Below, in pieces: positions 39,055-47,466 of a DNA stretch of 47,466 nt. The DNA lies in assembly GCA_043754515.1 (NCBI GenBank), contig JAYUUO010000081.1, forward strand, positions 1 through 47,466, in the 5' to 3' direction. This stretch comes from Armatimonadota bacterium (GTDB taxonomy: Bacteria > Armatimonadota > Armatimonadia > Armatimonadales > Armatimonadaceae). Positions within the stretch are counted from its first letter, which is position 1; every line of letters starts with the position of its first letter. The translations under genes and the position numbers were made by a program. The notes beneath the pieces were generated by a model. The model searched no databases. It saw only the letters and a list, made by a program, of their open reading frames with translations, and was not told where the DNA came from.

Positions 39055-39651
39055 CTACGATACGCGACGACCGAACAAAAACCGTTGGTTCCAGTAGTTA
39101 TATGTAAGGTTATCGATAACGACCTTACCGGCGACACTGTTCGCATCCACGAACTTGTTATCGCCGATATAGATACCAACGTGTGTCACCGAACGGGGGT
39201 CGCTCCCGGTCGCGAAGAATACGAGATCTCCGAACCTCAAGTCTTTGCGTCCGACATAGGTGCCACTACGCGCTTGATCTGCTGCCACCCTCGGTAAGCG
39301 AATACCGACCATAGAAAACGCCCATTGGATGAGCGAGCTACAGTCGAACTCCCGGTTACCACTCGCTCCGTATCTATACGGGGCACCCAGCTTAGAAAGG
39401 GCGAAGTTTGTCGCGTCGTTCGCCTTGCTCCGTGTCCGCTGCGGAGGAATGTCGCTACCGTCCTCCGGGGTCGCGTTATACCCCGGCAACTGACCTTCTG
39501 TAGTCTGCGCGGCTACTTGCGCGGTTTCTGTCACGATGCCTGGGGCCGTCTGAGTAGGCCCATCCGCTGTCGCATTGTCGCCCGCCCCGCAACCGGTCAA
39601 GATGAGCGCGATGTATAACATCGTTGCCGCTACAAATAATCTTCTCTTCAT
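39055..39651 (-). CDS. NlpC/P60 (C40) peptidase lipoprotein
   Basis: Lipobox LTGC; LGAPYRYG, FDCSSL, GDLVFF, HVGIYIG; RBS AAGGAG. Confidence 0.93.
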   Translation of the reverse strand: MKRRLFVAATMLYIALILTGCGAGDNATADGPTQTAPGIVTETAQVAAQTTEGQLPGYNATPEDGSDIPPQRTRSKANDATNFALSKLGAPYRYGASGNREFDCSSLIQWAFSMVGIRLPRVAADQARSGTYVGRKDLRFGDLVFFATGSDPRSVTHVGIYIGDNKFVDANSVAGKVVIDNLTYNYWNQRFLFGRRVS

Positions 39652-39701
39652 GGTGGAAGAAGCTCCTTATTGAATTGGTCGGTAGTGTGGCGATGGAATA
39701 C

Positions 39702-39731
39702 TTGACAACTCCTAACAGTATCTGATATAAA
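39702..39731 (+). promoter_or_regulatory. Sigma70-like promoter divergent from NlpC/P60
   Basis: TTGACA-18 bp-TATAAA with an extended TG. Confidence 0.55.
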
Positions 39732-39736
39732 TGACA

Positions 39737-39906
39737 CATGGAAGATTCGTCTTTCTGAACCACTCGCCGCACTGAGGATGATAGTGACTCCTTTTCTACC
39801 TTTGGGATCCCTTCTCCGCGTAGCGAATCTGGTTCCACGGGGAGGCGGTACTTGTACTACAGCCTCCCCCCCTCTATTAACACCCTGCTAAGCAGGGTGT
39901 TTTTTT
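39737..39906 (+). ncRNA. Candidate structured small RNA (~170 nt)
   Basis: Lies between the promoter and an intrinsic terminator; three stems; no convincing ORF. Confidence 0.45.
39879..39906 (+). terminator. Intrinsic terminator
   Basis: AACACCCTGC-TAA-GCAGGGTGTT followed by a T run. Confidence 0.8.
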
Positions 39907-40486
39907 GTACTCACCATATATGACGGGATAGACGCACGACAAGTTCCCATAATCAGCAAAGATAACGGTGATTTTTTGCTGGAGTTATATCTACACAGTT
40001 ATGCTTGATACTCGTCTTCTGGCCCGGAGCGGCATTTGTGAAATATGATAGAGTGAGGGGTCGGGCAAATTTATAGATCCACCACTTCGGGCGGGCGGCG
40101 TGATCTCATGGCGGGGTGGTCTTGCAATTTAAGCCAGTCTTCCAGGCTATTCTAAGGAAGCATGGAACTGTGAAAGGACAACACCCGACCGTCTCTGAGG
40201 CAAAGATAGGTCTCGAAGATCCCGCGCACGATGAGCGTCGGCAGAAACGATTCTTCACCCGTGTCGCGTGGCTTGCTGATCAGGCACCCGAACCGGGTCG
40301 GGGTCAAGCAGAATGTAGTTCTTGCCGTGTGGTCATGAGGAGTGTTTGTCTAGCGGCGTGTCGGGAGTGATCGCGTTCTTGGGTCGGATCTTGTTTCTCA
40401 GCTCTGCCGGAAAGGCCAGTCTACAGATCGTCTGGGCGTGGAAGGCCGGGTGAGCGCGCGTTCCTAGCGCGCCGGATACGCTGGGG

Positions 40487-43400
40487 ATGACGTTCGTGCT
40501 GGCAGTTGATCGGGCGGCTCTGTCGGGGATGGTCGACCGCGACCAGGATGGACGCTACGGCGATCTCGCCGATCGAATCCGTCCTGACAATGGTACCGCA
40601 CGGCTTACCGCCGGAAAGAAATGCTACGTAGTTATGTACATAGAAGGAACGATTTACGGGTTGCGTGATGAACGACGTGATTATATGGCGAGAATAGGTA
40701 TACCCGAAGCACAAGCGGGCGCGGGCGCGAAGGATTTTGCTGATCTGTTAGAGGGTATTTTCCGTCACCCCGGTGTTGATGCCGACAGTATCGCCAAGAT
40801 CGCTGGCGAAATGAGGGATCGCCGAAAGGAGCGAGACGATGCCCCACCGGCCGCACCCTCATCTTCCACCAAGGACGAAGCCGACGATGCCCGAACACGG
40901 CTGACCGAGTTGACCATCCTGTGCGCCATGGAGATGTGTCTCTGGGGCAACTTGGGGCGACAGAATAAGAGTAGGGACTGCGGCCCATATTTGCGTGACG
41001 CGGACGAATATCTTCGCGATCTGGCCCGGCGCGGGGTACGTCCGACGCTACTCATTTTGGAAGCCGTATCCCGATATGCGCCTGATGGGTTATCCGACGA
41101 TACTAACTTTTTAGCACAAGCGGTGCTGCCCGCGAGATTGACCACTCTTTTCGGAAGGGACGATCAGGTCAAATGTATAACAAGGTTACTTCTTCGAAAA
41201 CGCACTGTTCTGCTCCATAATGATGAAGGTCTGTCGGGTGTAGGGGCAACGTCCCTTTGCGCCGAAATCGGACACCAGCTTAGTCGCTTCTTTTTGTCGG
41301 GGGCGGTTGCTTTCGTTGACGTCGAGCGGATGTATCTCAACGAGCGGTTCGATAAATGCAAACCCGGGGGCCCTTCCGAGGAGGACATCGTCAATGCTTT
41401 GGCACTGTCCTTGCATGTCGAAATAGGTGAGAAGGGCGACACCCGCCGTGATCCCGTCGCGCATCTAGCGGCGGCACTTCGCCCGTGCCCGCGATTCATA
41501 GTCTTAGACGGTTGTGATTTATCGGACGGACCGGAAAAGGGGGTGTCGGCCGGATTCACCGAGCGATTACTCCACATCGTGCGCCGACTCGGCGAGGAGT
41601 GTAGTGACCTGTTCATGCTGTTAACGGCACGAGGACGGACGGGTACGGTCGTCAGCGCGGCGAACAGCCAGGAAATCGAAACCCATCTTGTTCCTCGCCT
41701 TAATCTTGGTGACGCGGTGACGATGTTCGAGTGGGTTACCGCCACAATGAATCCCGAAGTGTCATTCAGCCTTCGGAGGGATAAGCAAAAACAAGAGCGT
41801 ATTATTCAAAGCGCGGACGGCATACCACGATTAGTGAATGCCCTCGCCACTATTGCCTGCTTCGCTAGCCTACGAGAAGCGATAGGTTCGACCGAAACGA
41901 TCGATCTGGCCGTTGAGGTGGCCATTCCCGACAAGGATCATCGTAAGGAGGCCAATGATCTCCTCCAGGATCATCGTAAGGAGGCCAATGATCTTCTTCT
42001 CATGCGCCACGGATTTCTATTCGAGCCACTTTACTGGAACGCGCCGGAGAAATTCAAAAAAGCGGGGGAGGATTCATTAAGTAAAGATTTATCACGTGAA
42101 GTAATTCTCAACAGTTTAGCGGCGCGACGAATAATCCTGCCCTTCCCATCTTCCGGTGTCGCCACGGGTAAGTGGGTGTTGCATCCCGCCGTGTCTGATC
42201 TACTGATGCGGGGCACGAAATCAAGTTCAGATTCGGAAACTCAGTATCATGCAAGTCAGAGCATTCGTGTGCGTCGCTTGATAGATATTTTGAGCGAAGA
42301 GTCGATGCCATCGCAAGGGAGTAATGACCCGGTCGCCGATGACGCGGCGTGGGTGAGAAAGAAGTATGATACGGTTTTCTCACTAATGGGTGAACTATAC
42401 GCCACGTGTAGGTATCTGCTACGCGAACTGAGGGTGAATGATACCGATGAATGGCAACGACACCTTCTTGATCTTCTCGACCTCCTTAGATCGATGTGGG
42501 GGGTACACAGAGACAAAGGGATGGACGAGACCTTCCTTTTCATGGCGCATCAGCTCTGGCTACGATTACGCGAGCGATTCGGCGGGAACGGCGACGCGGA
42601 TGATGTCCCCGCAAATCTAAGGAAGAATGCCAAGCTACTAGATGGCGTTGTTCAAGTTATGAACGCGGCATTGGTGTCGGCAATCTCTTCCAAACTCCCC
42701 GCGGAGACGTGCGACATGTGGCACTCCATTTTGCGGGCCGTGACTCCGGAGTTGTCCCCCGGGAATCATCACCCCACCCCACATGAAGCATCGAAGTATC
42801 CATACGTACTCAACACCCTCGGTTACTACTACCGCACCATCATGGAAAGGAAGGCATTGAGTAGAAAGGAACTCGCGGTATATCTCCATGTTGCCGAAGA
42901 GTACTATACCGGAGCACTGCGTGCGACGTTGCCTGACATCGTGACTCGTTTGGATCTTTCCAAAGGAGCGGAGAAGCGGATGACTCACGCGGTGAAGTTA
43001 GAAAAAACCGAGGAGATACTCGATCAAATCATCCGACATCACCAGCCCTATCACGGCAAACCTATTACACCTCATGAGGCCAGAAGAATGTTCTCGGATG
43101 CGAAGTGGCCGCTACATGGCCTTGCCCAAATTGCCCAAATCAGAGGCGAATGGTCATACGCCGAAGTATCGTTGAGATATGCGAAGGCAATTTCTCAGCG
43201 ACTAGGGGACTCGCGTGGGACGGCACAGGTTTGTCTAGATATGGCACGGCTTTTAAGGCAACCCACGAACCGGATTTATGGGGAGGCGTCCGCGTTGCTC
43301 AAGGACGCAGTCCGACTGGCGTGGGAACTCAAGGACACCCAGATCATCGTCGAGGCGACGGAGGAAATCGCGGGTTTAGCCGCACTTCAGGGGAAACAAG

Positions 43401-43699
43401 AATATGCCTGCCGTATAGCGTACATCGGACAACGTATCGCACAGTTGATGGGTGGAGCAGGCATCGACAAATATGCCTCTGTCTGGTTCAAGCAGTATTT
43501 TCAGAAGTGGGAAAATAGCGCGACTGATAACTCCATCCGCGCGCAACGATTGGATGATTGGGCGAAAGAATTCGAAGACATGCAGGAAGACGAGTTGGTT
43601 AGCGTCATCTTACGCACGTCGAGTACAGGAAATCTGCAAGAAGATCGGACCCGCTCAAAAAGAGAACCCGATGGCGGGAATACTTCTACAACCGGCTGA
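40487..43699 (+). CDS. Large STAND/NB-ARC-like NTPase with TPR-like C-terminus and degenerate Walker A
   Basis: LPARLTTLFGRD, GLSGVGATSL, FIVLDGCD, LLTAR, DGIP; C-terminal GLAQIAQIRGEW...LGDSRGTA repeats. Confidence 0.75.
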   Translation: MTFVLAVDRAALSGMVDRDQDGRYGDLADRIRPDNGTARLTAGKKCYVVMYIEGTIYGLRDERRDYMARIGIPEAQAGAGAKDFADLLEGIFRHPGVDADSIAKIAGEMRDRRKERDDAPPAAPSSSTKDEADDARTRLTELTILCAMEMCLWGNLGRQNKSRDCGPYLRDADEYLRDLARRGVRPTLLILEAVSRYAPDGLSDDTNFLAQAVLPARLTTLFGRDDQVKCITRLLLRKRTVLLHNDEGLSGVGATSLCAEIGHQLSRFFLSGAVAFVDVERMYLNERFDKCKPGGPSEEDIVNALALSLHVEIGEKGDTRRDPVAHLAAALRPCPRFIVLDGCDLSDGPEKGVSAGFTERLLHIVRRLGEECSDLFMLLTARGRTGTVVSAANSQEIETHLVPRLNLGDAVTMFEWVTATMNPEVSFSLRRDKQKQERIIQSADGIPRLVNALATIACFASLREAIGSTETIDLAVEVAIPDKDHRKEANDLLQDHRKEANDLLLMRHGFLFEPLYWNAPEKFKKAGEDSLSKDLSREVILNSLAARRIILPFPSSGVATGKWVLHPAVSDLLMRGTKSSSDSETQYHASQSIRVRRLIDILSEESMPSQGSNDPVADDAAWVRKKYDTVFSLMGELYATCRYLLRELRVNDTDEWQRHLLDLLDLLRSMWGVHRDKGMDETFLFMAHQLWLRLRERFGGNGDADDVPANLRKNAKLLDGVVQVMNAALVSAISSKLPAETCDMWHSILRAVTPELSPGNHHPTPHEASKYPYVLNTLGYYYRTIMERKALSRKELAVYLHVAEEYYTGALRATLPDIVTRLDLSKGAEKRMTHAVKLEKTEEILDQIIRHHQPYHGKPITPHEARRMFSDAKWPLHGLAQIAQIRGEWSYAEVSLRYAKAISQRLGDSRGTAQVCLDMARLLRQPTNRIYGEASALLKDAVRLAWELKDTQIIVEATEEIAGLAALQGKQEYACRIAYIGQRIAQLMGGAGIDKYASVWFKQYFQKWENSATDNSIRAQRLDDWAKEFEDMQEDELVSVILRTSSTGNLQEDRTRSKREPDGGNTSTTG
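41934..41994. repeat. In-frame 33-bp tandem duplication (DHRKEANDLL x2)
   Basis: AGGATCATCGTAAGGAGGCCAATGATCT at 41934-41961 and 41967-41994. Confidence 0.9.
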
Positions 43700-44157
43700 C
43701 ATAAGTCTCAGAAAACCCGTTTCTTTTTGAGCCCCGTTACCCAGCGTATCTTAGTCGGCATTCAGAAGTGTTGACGCCCTCGATAATCGTTATAATCCTT
43801 CGGTGGCGCGTAAAAATTACATGGAACATAGGGATTTCATGCAGTAAAAGGCGCGTTATTACCTCATCGCGAAAACCCCGAACGGCCAGAACAAGTCATC
43901 AAGTTCCTGACGGAGTCACTCCTCGACTGTAAGCCGGTGTTCTCTGAATCCGATGCCAATGCCAGACAGCCTCCTTCGCGGCTAGGAACATCGTGCCGGA
44001 CAACCTGCGGTGCGCGGGCGGCGATGGATCCGACAGACTCATCCCCCGCAATCCCGTCCCCGCACCGCTCGTTGCCCGCCTACCCCCGCCCCTTCATCAT
44101 GCCTCCCGTCAGGTTTCGGCCTGGCGATCATTAAAACGAGGAGGCATTGACAATCCT

Positions 44158-44913
44158 ATGCGCTATGCGCGCTACACGACCTACGCCGGCGATGACGAAC
44201 TCGCCGCCGCAGTTGACAAGATAGATCCGAACGGAATCGCTGGCACTACCGCGTTTGTCCTGCGGCAAGGCAGCAACACCCGTTCCGGGGGCGGCACTCG
44301 AAGCAGTTTGCTCAAAGAGCATGACTGCGCCGTGGTCTATCCCGATGGAACCACCGGAACGTGCCGCTACACGCGCGGCGGTCCCGCATGGCACATCTTC
44401 CGGTTCGGGCATCCCGGACGCGGCGAAGACAGTGTGCGCCCGATGCACAAGCGCGACCTTCCCGCGCAACATATCAACGGGAGTTTAGACAACACGCCGA
44501 CCGCGATTTCCCTTAAAGCACTGGAACTCGCGGGCGTCGCCTATAACGCGGCGATTCGGCAAGAGGCGCGGGAATACTTCCGCCGCGTGACAATGCCGAC
44601 CGGCTATGACGACCACGAAGAGCGGGCACCGTCCATCGTCTCGTGCAAGCGGGCGAAACAAATCGCGGGCAAGTTCGCCCTGTGCATCCGCGTCGGGGAC
44701 AAGCTCATCCCCGCCGGTGACGCTCTCTTCAACACGGTTGAGGAGGCGAACACAGCCTGGCGCGACTCTGGGGACAGGCAGGAGCGGTCCGTCGCCTGCG
44801 CCTGCCGCTGGAGCCGGTGCTGGGAGCTGCCGCGCTTCAACCTCCTCTACGGCGAACTCGACTTGTTGGGGAAGGGGGGTGCGACCGATGAGCAAAACGA
44901 CAGCGAAGAGTAG
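44158..44913 (+). CDS. Hypothetical protein
   Basis: ATG after GAGGAGG; host-like codon usage. Confidence 0.65.
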   Translation: MRYARYTTYAGDDELAAAVDKIDPNGIAGTTAFVLRQGSNTRSGGGTRSSLLKEHDCAVVYPDGTTGTCRYTRGGPAWHIFRFGHPGRGEDSVRPMHKRDLPAQHINGSLDNTPTAISLKALELAGVAYNAAIRQEAREYFRRVTMPTGYDDHEERAPSIVSCKRAKQIAGKFALCIRVGDKLIPAGDALFNTVEEANTAWRDSGDRQERSVACACRWSRCWELPRFNLLYGELDLLGKGGATDEQNDSEE

Positions 44914-45469
44914 TAGACCGGCGTTCGTGCCACTGGGGACGAAGGAGGAGACGCGGGCGTTCCTGCTCCACGTCTCGTATCTACGCCACCGCGTGTTCAC
45001 GACGCGGCGGTGTTTCCCGGACGGGCACAGCGAGCCGTGGGCGTGGGACGTCACCGAGGGCTACGAACTCGCGACAGCGCGGCACGGCTCGCTCGGCACG
45101 TTCGACCCTTCCGAACACGACGTCGGCCTCGCCCACATCCTGACGCGCTACCCAGGCCTCGACGTGCGCTACGCCATAAGCGAAGCCGACCTATCCAGGC
45201 CGGTGCTGTTCGTCCCCTGGCGCGAGGGCGTCTCGGACGGCGTGGCGGCGGGTCTGCTGCTCATTGACGGTTGGCACCGGCTGTTCCGCTCGGTGCTGGA
45301 ATCGGCGGAGACCGGGGAGCCGCGCCCGCTTTCCGCCTATTTCCTGAACGAAGATGAAGCAAGGGCGGTACAGATCACACCGGACGCGGAGCCACTTATC
45401 ACTCCAACCCAACCGGGGACGCTCGCCCTGCGGCAACTATCGCGCTACAACATCGCCCGTTTCCGATGA
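44888..45469 (+). CDS. Hypothetical protein with a ParB/Srx-like motif
   Basis: DLSRPVL...LLLIDGWHRL. Confidence 0.65.
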   Translation: MSKTTAKSSRPAFVPLGTKEETRAFLLHVSYLRHRVFTTRRCFPDGHSEPWAWDVTEGYELATARHGSLGTFDPSEHDVGLAHILTRYPGLDVRYAISEADLSRPVLFVPWREGVSDGVAAGLLLIDGWHRLFRSVLESAETGEPRPLSAYFLNEDEARAVQITPDAEPLITPTQPGTLALRQLSRYNIARFR

Positions 45470-45490
45470 AATGTTCCGCTTTGCTCTCTC

Positions 45491-45523
45491 GCCCGCACAG
45501 GATTATCCTGCGCGGGCTTTTTT
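45491..45523 (+). terminator. Intrinsic terminator
   Basis: GCCCGCACAGGA-TTA-TCCTGCGCGGGC-TTTTTT. Confidence 0.8.
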
Positions 45524-45679
45524 GTTCACTCCCGCAACGCTCGTTGTGCCTCTTCTTTCCGCCCCCTATTGTCGCTCTTGCGCGGGGCGGTCGGCGGGCA
45601 ACGGCCCCCCGAAACACCCGAACAGGCCCGTCCCGTCCCGCCCCCGCGCACTTTAACAACCCGAGAGGAATCGAATCGA

Positions 45680-46783
45680 ATGACGTTTACGAAAACGCTC
45701 GACGATGTCGCGGACATCGTCGGGCAGGATGACGCGGGCAAGTGGGACGCGATTGTTCCCGCGCGGGAGGTGACACTCCAGCACGGGCGGCTGTGGTTCC
45801 CGCAGGCCGCGAGCGAGGGGCACGACATGGGGCTTGCGATGTCGGACTGGGCGACCAGTCAAGCCTGCCAGCGGCTGGGGATGCCCGCCGGGTATTTCAA
45901 GCGGTGCCCGGTCCATCTGCAAGACGCCCAGTTCAACCACTGGGCGATGATGGAGAATGCAGCTACATTCGCCGGGAACGGCGACCGTAGTTACCGGTCG
46001 GGAGAGAACGACGACTCGTCTACCCCGTCCGGCTCGTGGCTCCTGCGCTCGAAGGGGGCGACGGTGCGCGGCGTCCTGTCCCCGCGCTACCAGAAACTCG
46101 ACAACAAGCAGGTACTCGACACGCTTCTGCCGGTGATACGCGACGGCCGGTACGAGGTGGGGCTGGTGGACGTCTCGCCCGAGGCGTTCCACCTGCGCCT
46201 GATCCAGCCGAACCTGTGGCGCGACGTGCTGCCCGATGACCGCCTGTTCGTCGGGGTCCACCTGACGAACTCCGAGGTCGGTTTGCGGGCTGTCACCGTA
46301 GACGCGGTCGTGTGGCGGCTGGTCTGCACGAACGGGCTGATGCACAAGGTGGAGGGCAAGTCCCTCCTGCGGCAGCGTCACGTCCGGGTGGAACCGGCCC
46401 GCTTCCTGCGACTGCTGGAGGGGGCCATATCTCAGGCGACCTTAGTGGCGGCGGCGTTCCTGGAGCAGATGGCGTTGTCGGTGAGGACGCCGGTTCCCGA
46501 CATCGGGGGCGCGGTGGACTACCTGGCCGAGGTGTGGAACCTGCCGAAACAGACCGCCGAGTACGTCAAGTTCGGACTGCTGGGCGAGAAACAGGGTGAC
46601 AGCCTGTACGGCCTGGTGAACGCCTTCACGGCGGCGGCGCAGAAACTCGGCATCGAGGAGCGCGTGGAACTGGAATCGCTGGCCTCGACGCTGATAGACA
46701 CCCCCACGGCGGGCAAGGGAGCGCGGTTCGTGCGCGAGCACATCCTCGCGCCGAAAGTCGTGCCGCTCGGCGGGGCTTTGTAG
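45680..46783 (+). CDS. DUF932-family mobile-element protein
   Basis: RGVLSPRYQKLDN, GVHLTNSEVG, WRLVCTNG, SLYGLVNAFTAAAQ; ATG after GAGAGGA. Confidence 0.85.
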   Translation: MTFTKTLDDVADIVGQDDAGKWDAIVPAREVTLQHGRLWFPQAASEGHDMGLAMSDWATSQACQRLGMPAGYFKRCPVHLQDAQFNHWAMMENAATFAGNGDRSYRSGENDDSSTPSGSWLLRSKGATVRGVLSPRYQKLDNKQVLDTLLPVIRDGRYEVGLVDVSPEAFHLRLIQPNLWRDVLPDDRLFVGVHLTNSEVGLRAVTVDAVVWRLVCTNGLMHKVEGKSLLRQRHVRVEPARFLRLLEGAISQATLVAAAFLEQMALSVRTPVPDIGGAVDYLAEVWNLPKQTAEYVKFGLLGEKQGDSLYGLVNAFTAAAQKLGIEERVELESLASTLIDTPTAGKGARFVREHILAPKVVPLGGAL

Positions 46784-46910
46784 CAAGGGCTACACGCCGA
46801 GGAGATTACAACTACAACTAACCGAACCGGCTTATGTCCGGGTTCGGGCAAAGTCGGTTCCTGACCCGTTCGCTTAAGTTACGCGAACAGCAAGAAAGGA
46901 AGATACCGAT

Positions 46911-47291
46911 TTGCAAGACTACCGAAAAGAGCGGAAACCGGCCCGCACGATTGATGAGGCGAAACTACTCGCCAACGTCAACGCCCGCGCCGGGCGGCTG
47001 TTCCAGGACGACTACCGCGCCAGACGCTTGACCGCGCACACGATTCGTATCACCTCGCCGGACGGCGCGCAGTACCTCGTGGACAAGGCAAGCGATGAGT
47101 GCGACTGCCCGTTCTTCGCGAAGCACCTGGGCAGGTACCCGTGCAAGCATCTGCTCGGCGCGGACAGACTCCTGTCCGACCAGAGGGCGCGGCAGGCGCA
47201 CAACATCCGCGAGTGGGCGGGCATGGCGATGACCGAGCTATCGGGTCGGAGTCGGCCTGACCACGTTTCGGAGGGAGGGGCATGGAAATGA
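46911..47291 (+). CDS. SWIM zinc-finger protein
   Basis: YLVD...CDCPFF...CKHL; TTG start after AGGAG. Confidence 0.8.
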   Translation: MQDYRKERKPARTIDEAKLLANVNARAGRLFQDDYRARRLTAHTIRITSPDGAQYLVDKASDECDCPFFAKHLGRYPCKHLLGADRLLSDQRARQAHNIREWAGMAMTELSGRSRPDHVSEGGAWK

Positions 47292-47466
47292 GCGACACAC
47301 CCGAGCCCGGCGAGATACCGGGCGGCGTGCTGGTCATCGTCGCCGAGACCGCGCTGTTCCCGGCGGGGCGGCTCCTGACCACGCCGGGGGCGGAAGCGGC
47401 ACTGCAAGCGGCGAACCAATCGCTTCTTGAATTGCTCGCCCGCCACCTGGGGGGCGACTGGGGCGA
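47288..47466 (+). CDS. Conserved plasmid/ICE-type small protein (partial)
   Basis: LFPAGRLLTTPGAEAAL...LLARHLGGDWG; ATGA overlap with the SWIM gene. Confidence 0.75.
   Translation, partial: MSDTPEPGEIPGGVLVIVAETALFPAGRLLTTPGAEAALQAANQSLLELLARHLGGDWG

Larger units (their letters stand above)
10782..47466. mobile_element. Integrated element / defence island (ICE- or integrated-plasmid-like); right end outside the window
   Basis: Interrupted host gene at the left edge, abrupt AT enrichment, defence cargo, Rep-like, DUF932 and plasmid-type genes. No integrase in the window. Confidence 0.7.

Noticed and set aside
39652..39900. c-di-AMP (ydaO) riboswitch upstream of NlpC/P60
   Set aside because: The minus strand has GGAACC but lacks the GCUGAAUC and CCGUCAGCUAAC-type conserved segments, and the terminator is oriented on the + strand.
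1..47466. CRISPR array, tRNA, integron attC sites, IS transposase, integrase
   Set aside because: No spaced repeat arrays, cloverleaf or recombinase/transposase motifs found by eye; the 33-bp repeats are in-frame coding duplications.

Overview
Bacterial DNA. The host-like, GC-rich left part (1-~10.78 kb) has a partial AraC-like regulator, rfaD/hldD, an M14 carboxypeptidase, a REP-like hairpin, tandem paralogous hypotheticals, a family-B DNA polymerase and a decaying hypothetical/retropepsin pair. At ~10,781 an orphan 3' tail resembling an S10 serine carboxypeptidase (MMYIHSPSLSKLKADV) abuts visibly more AT-rich DNA. I read this as the left junction of a large integrated element that runs past the window end; no integrase is visible. 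The element carries: (i) a tightly coupled 7-gene operon, ECF sigma - unknown protein - IrrE/ImmA peptidase - NurA - HerA - Mre11/SbcD - Rad50/SbcC, with an ECF-type promoter upstream (best candidate for an undescribed system); (ii) a PhcB-like methyltransferase and an XRE regulator; (iii) a two-gene CBASS (HNH-SAVED + CD-NTase-AGS-C) directly behind a type I R-M locus with an HTH-fused HsdM, Fic and a Schlafen/AlbA_2 ATPase; (iv) backbone genes: Rep-like proteins, YdjM, Mrr, HTH, NlpC/P60, a candidate ~170-nt sRNA, a degenerate STAND-TPR protein, ParB-like, DUF932 and SWIM. No tRNA, rRNA, CRISPR array or transposase was seen. All family calls are from motifs recognised by eye; no searches were run, and novelty cannot be confirmed from sequence alone.
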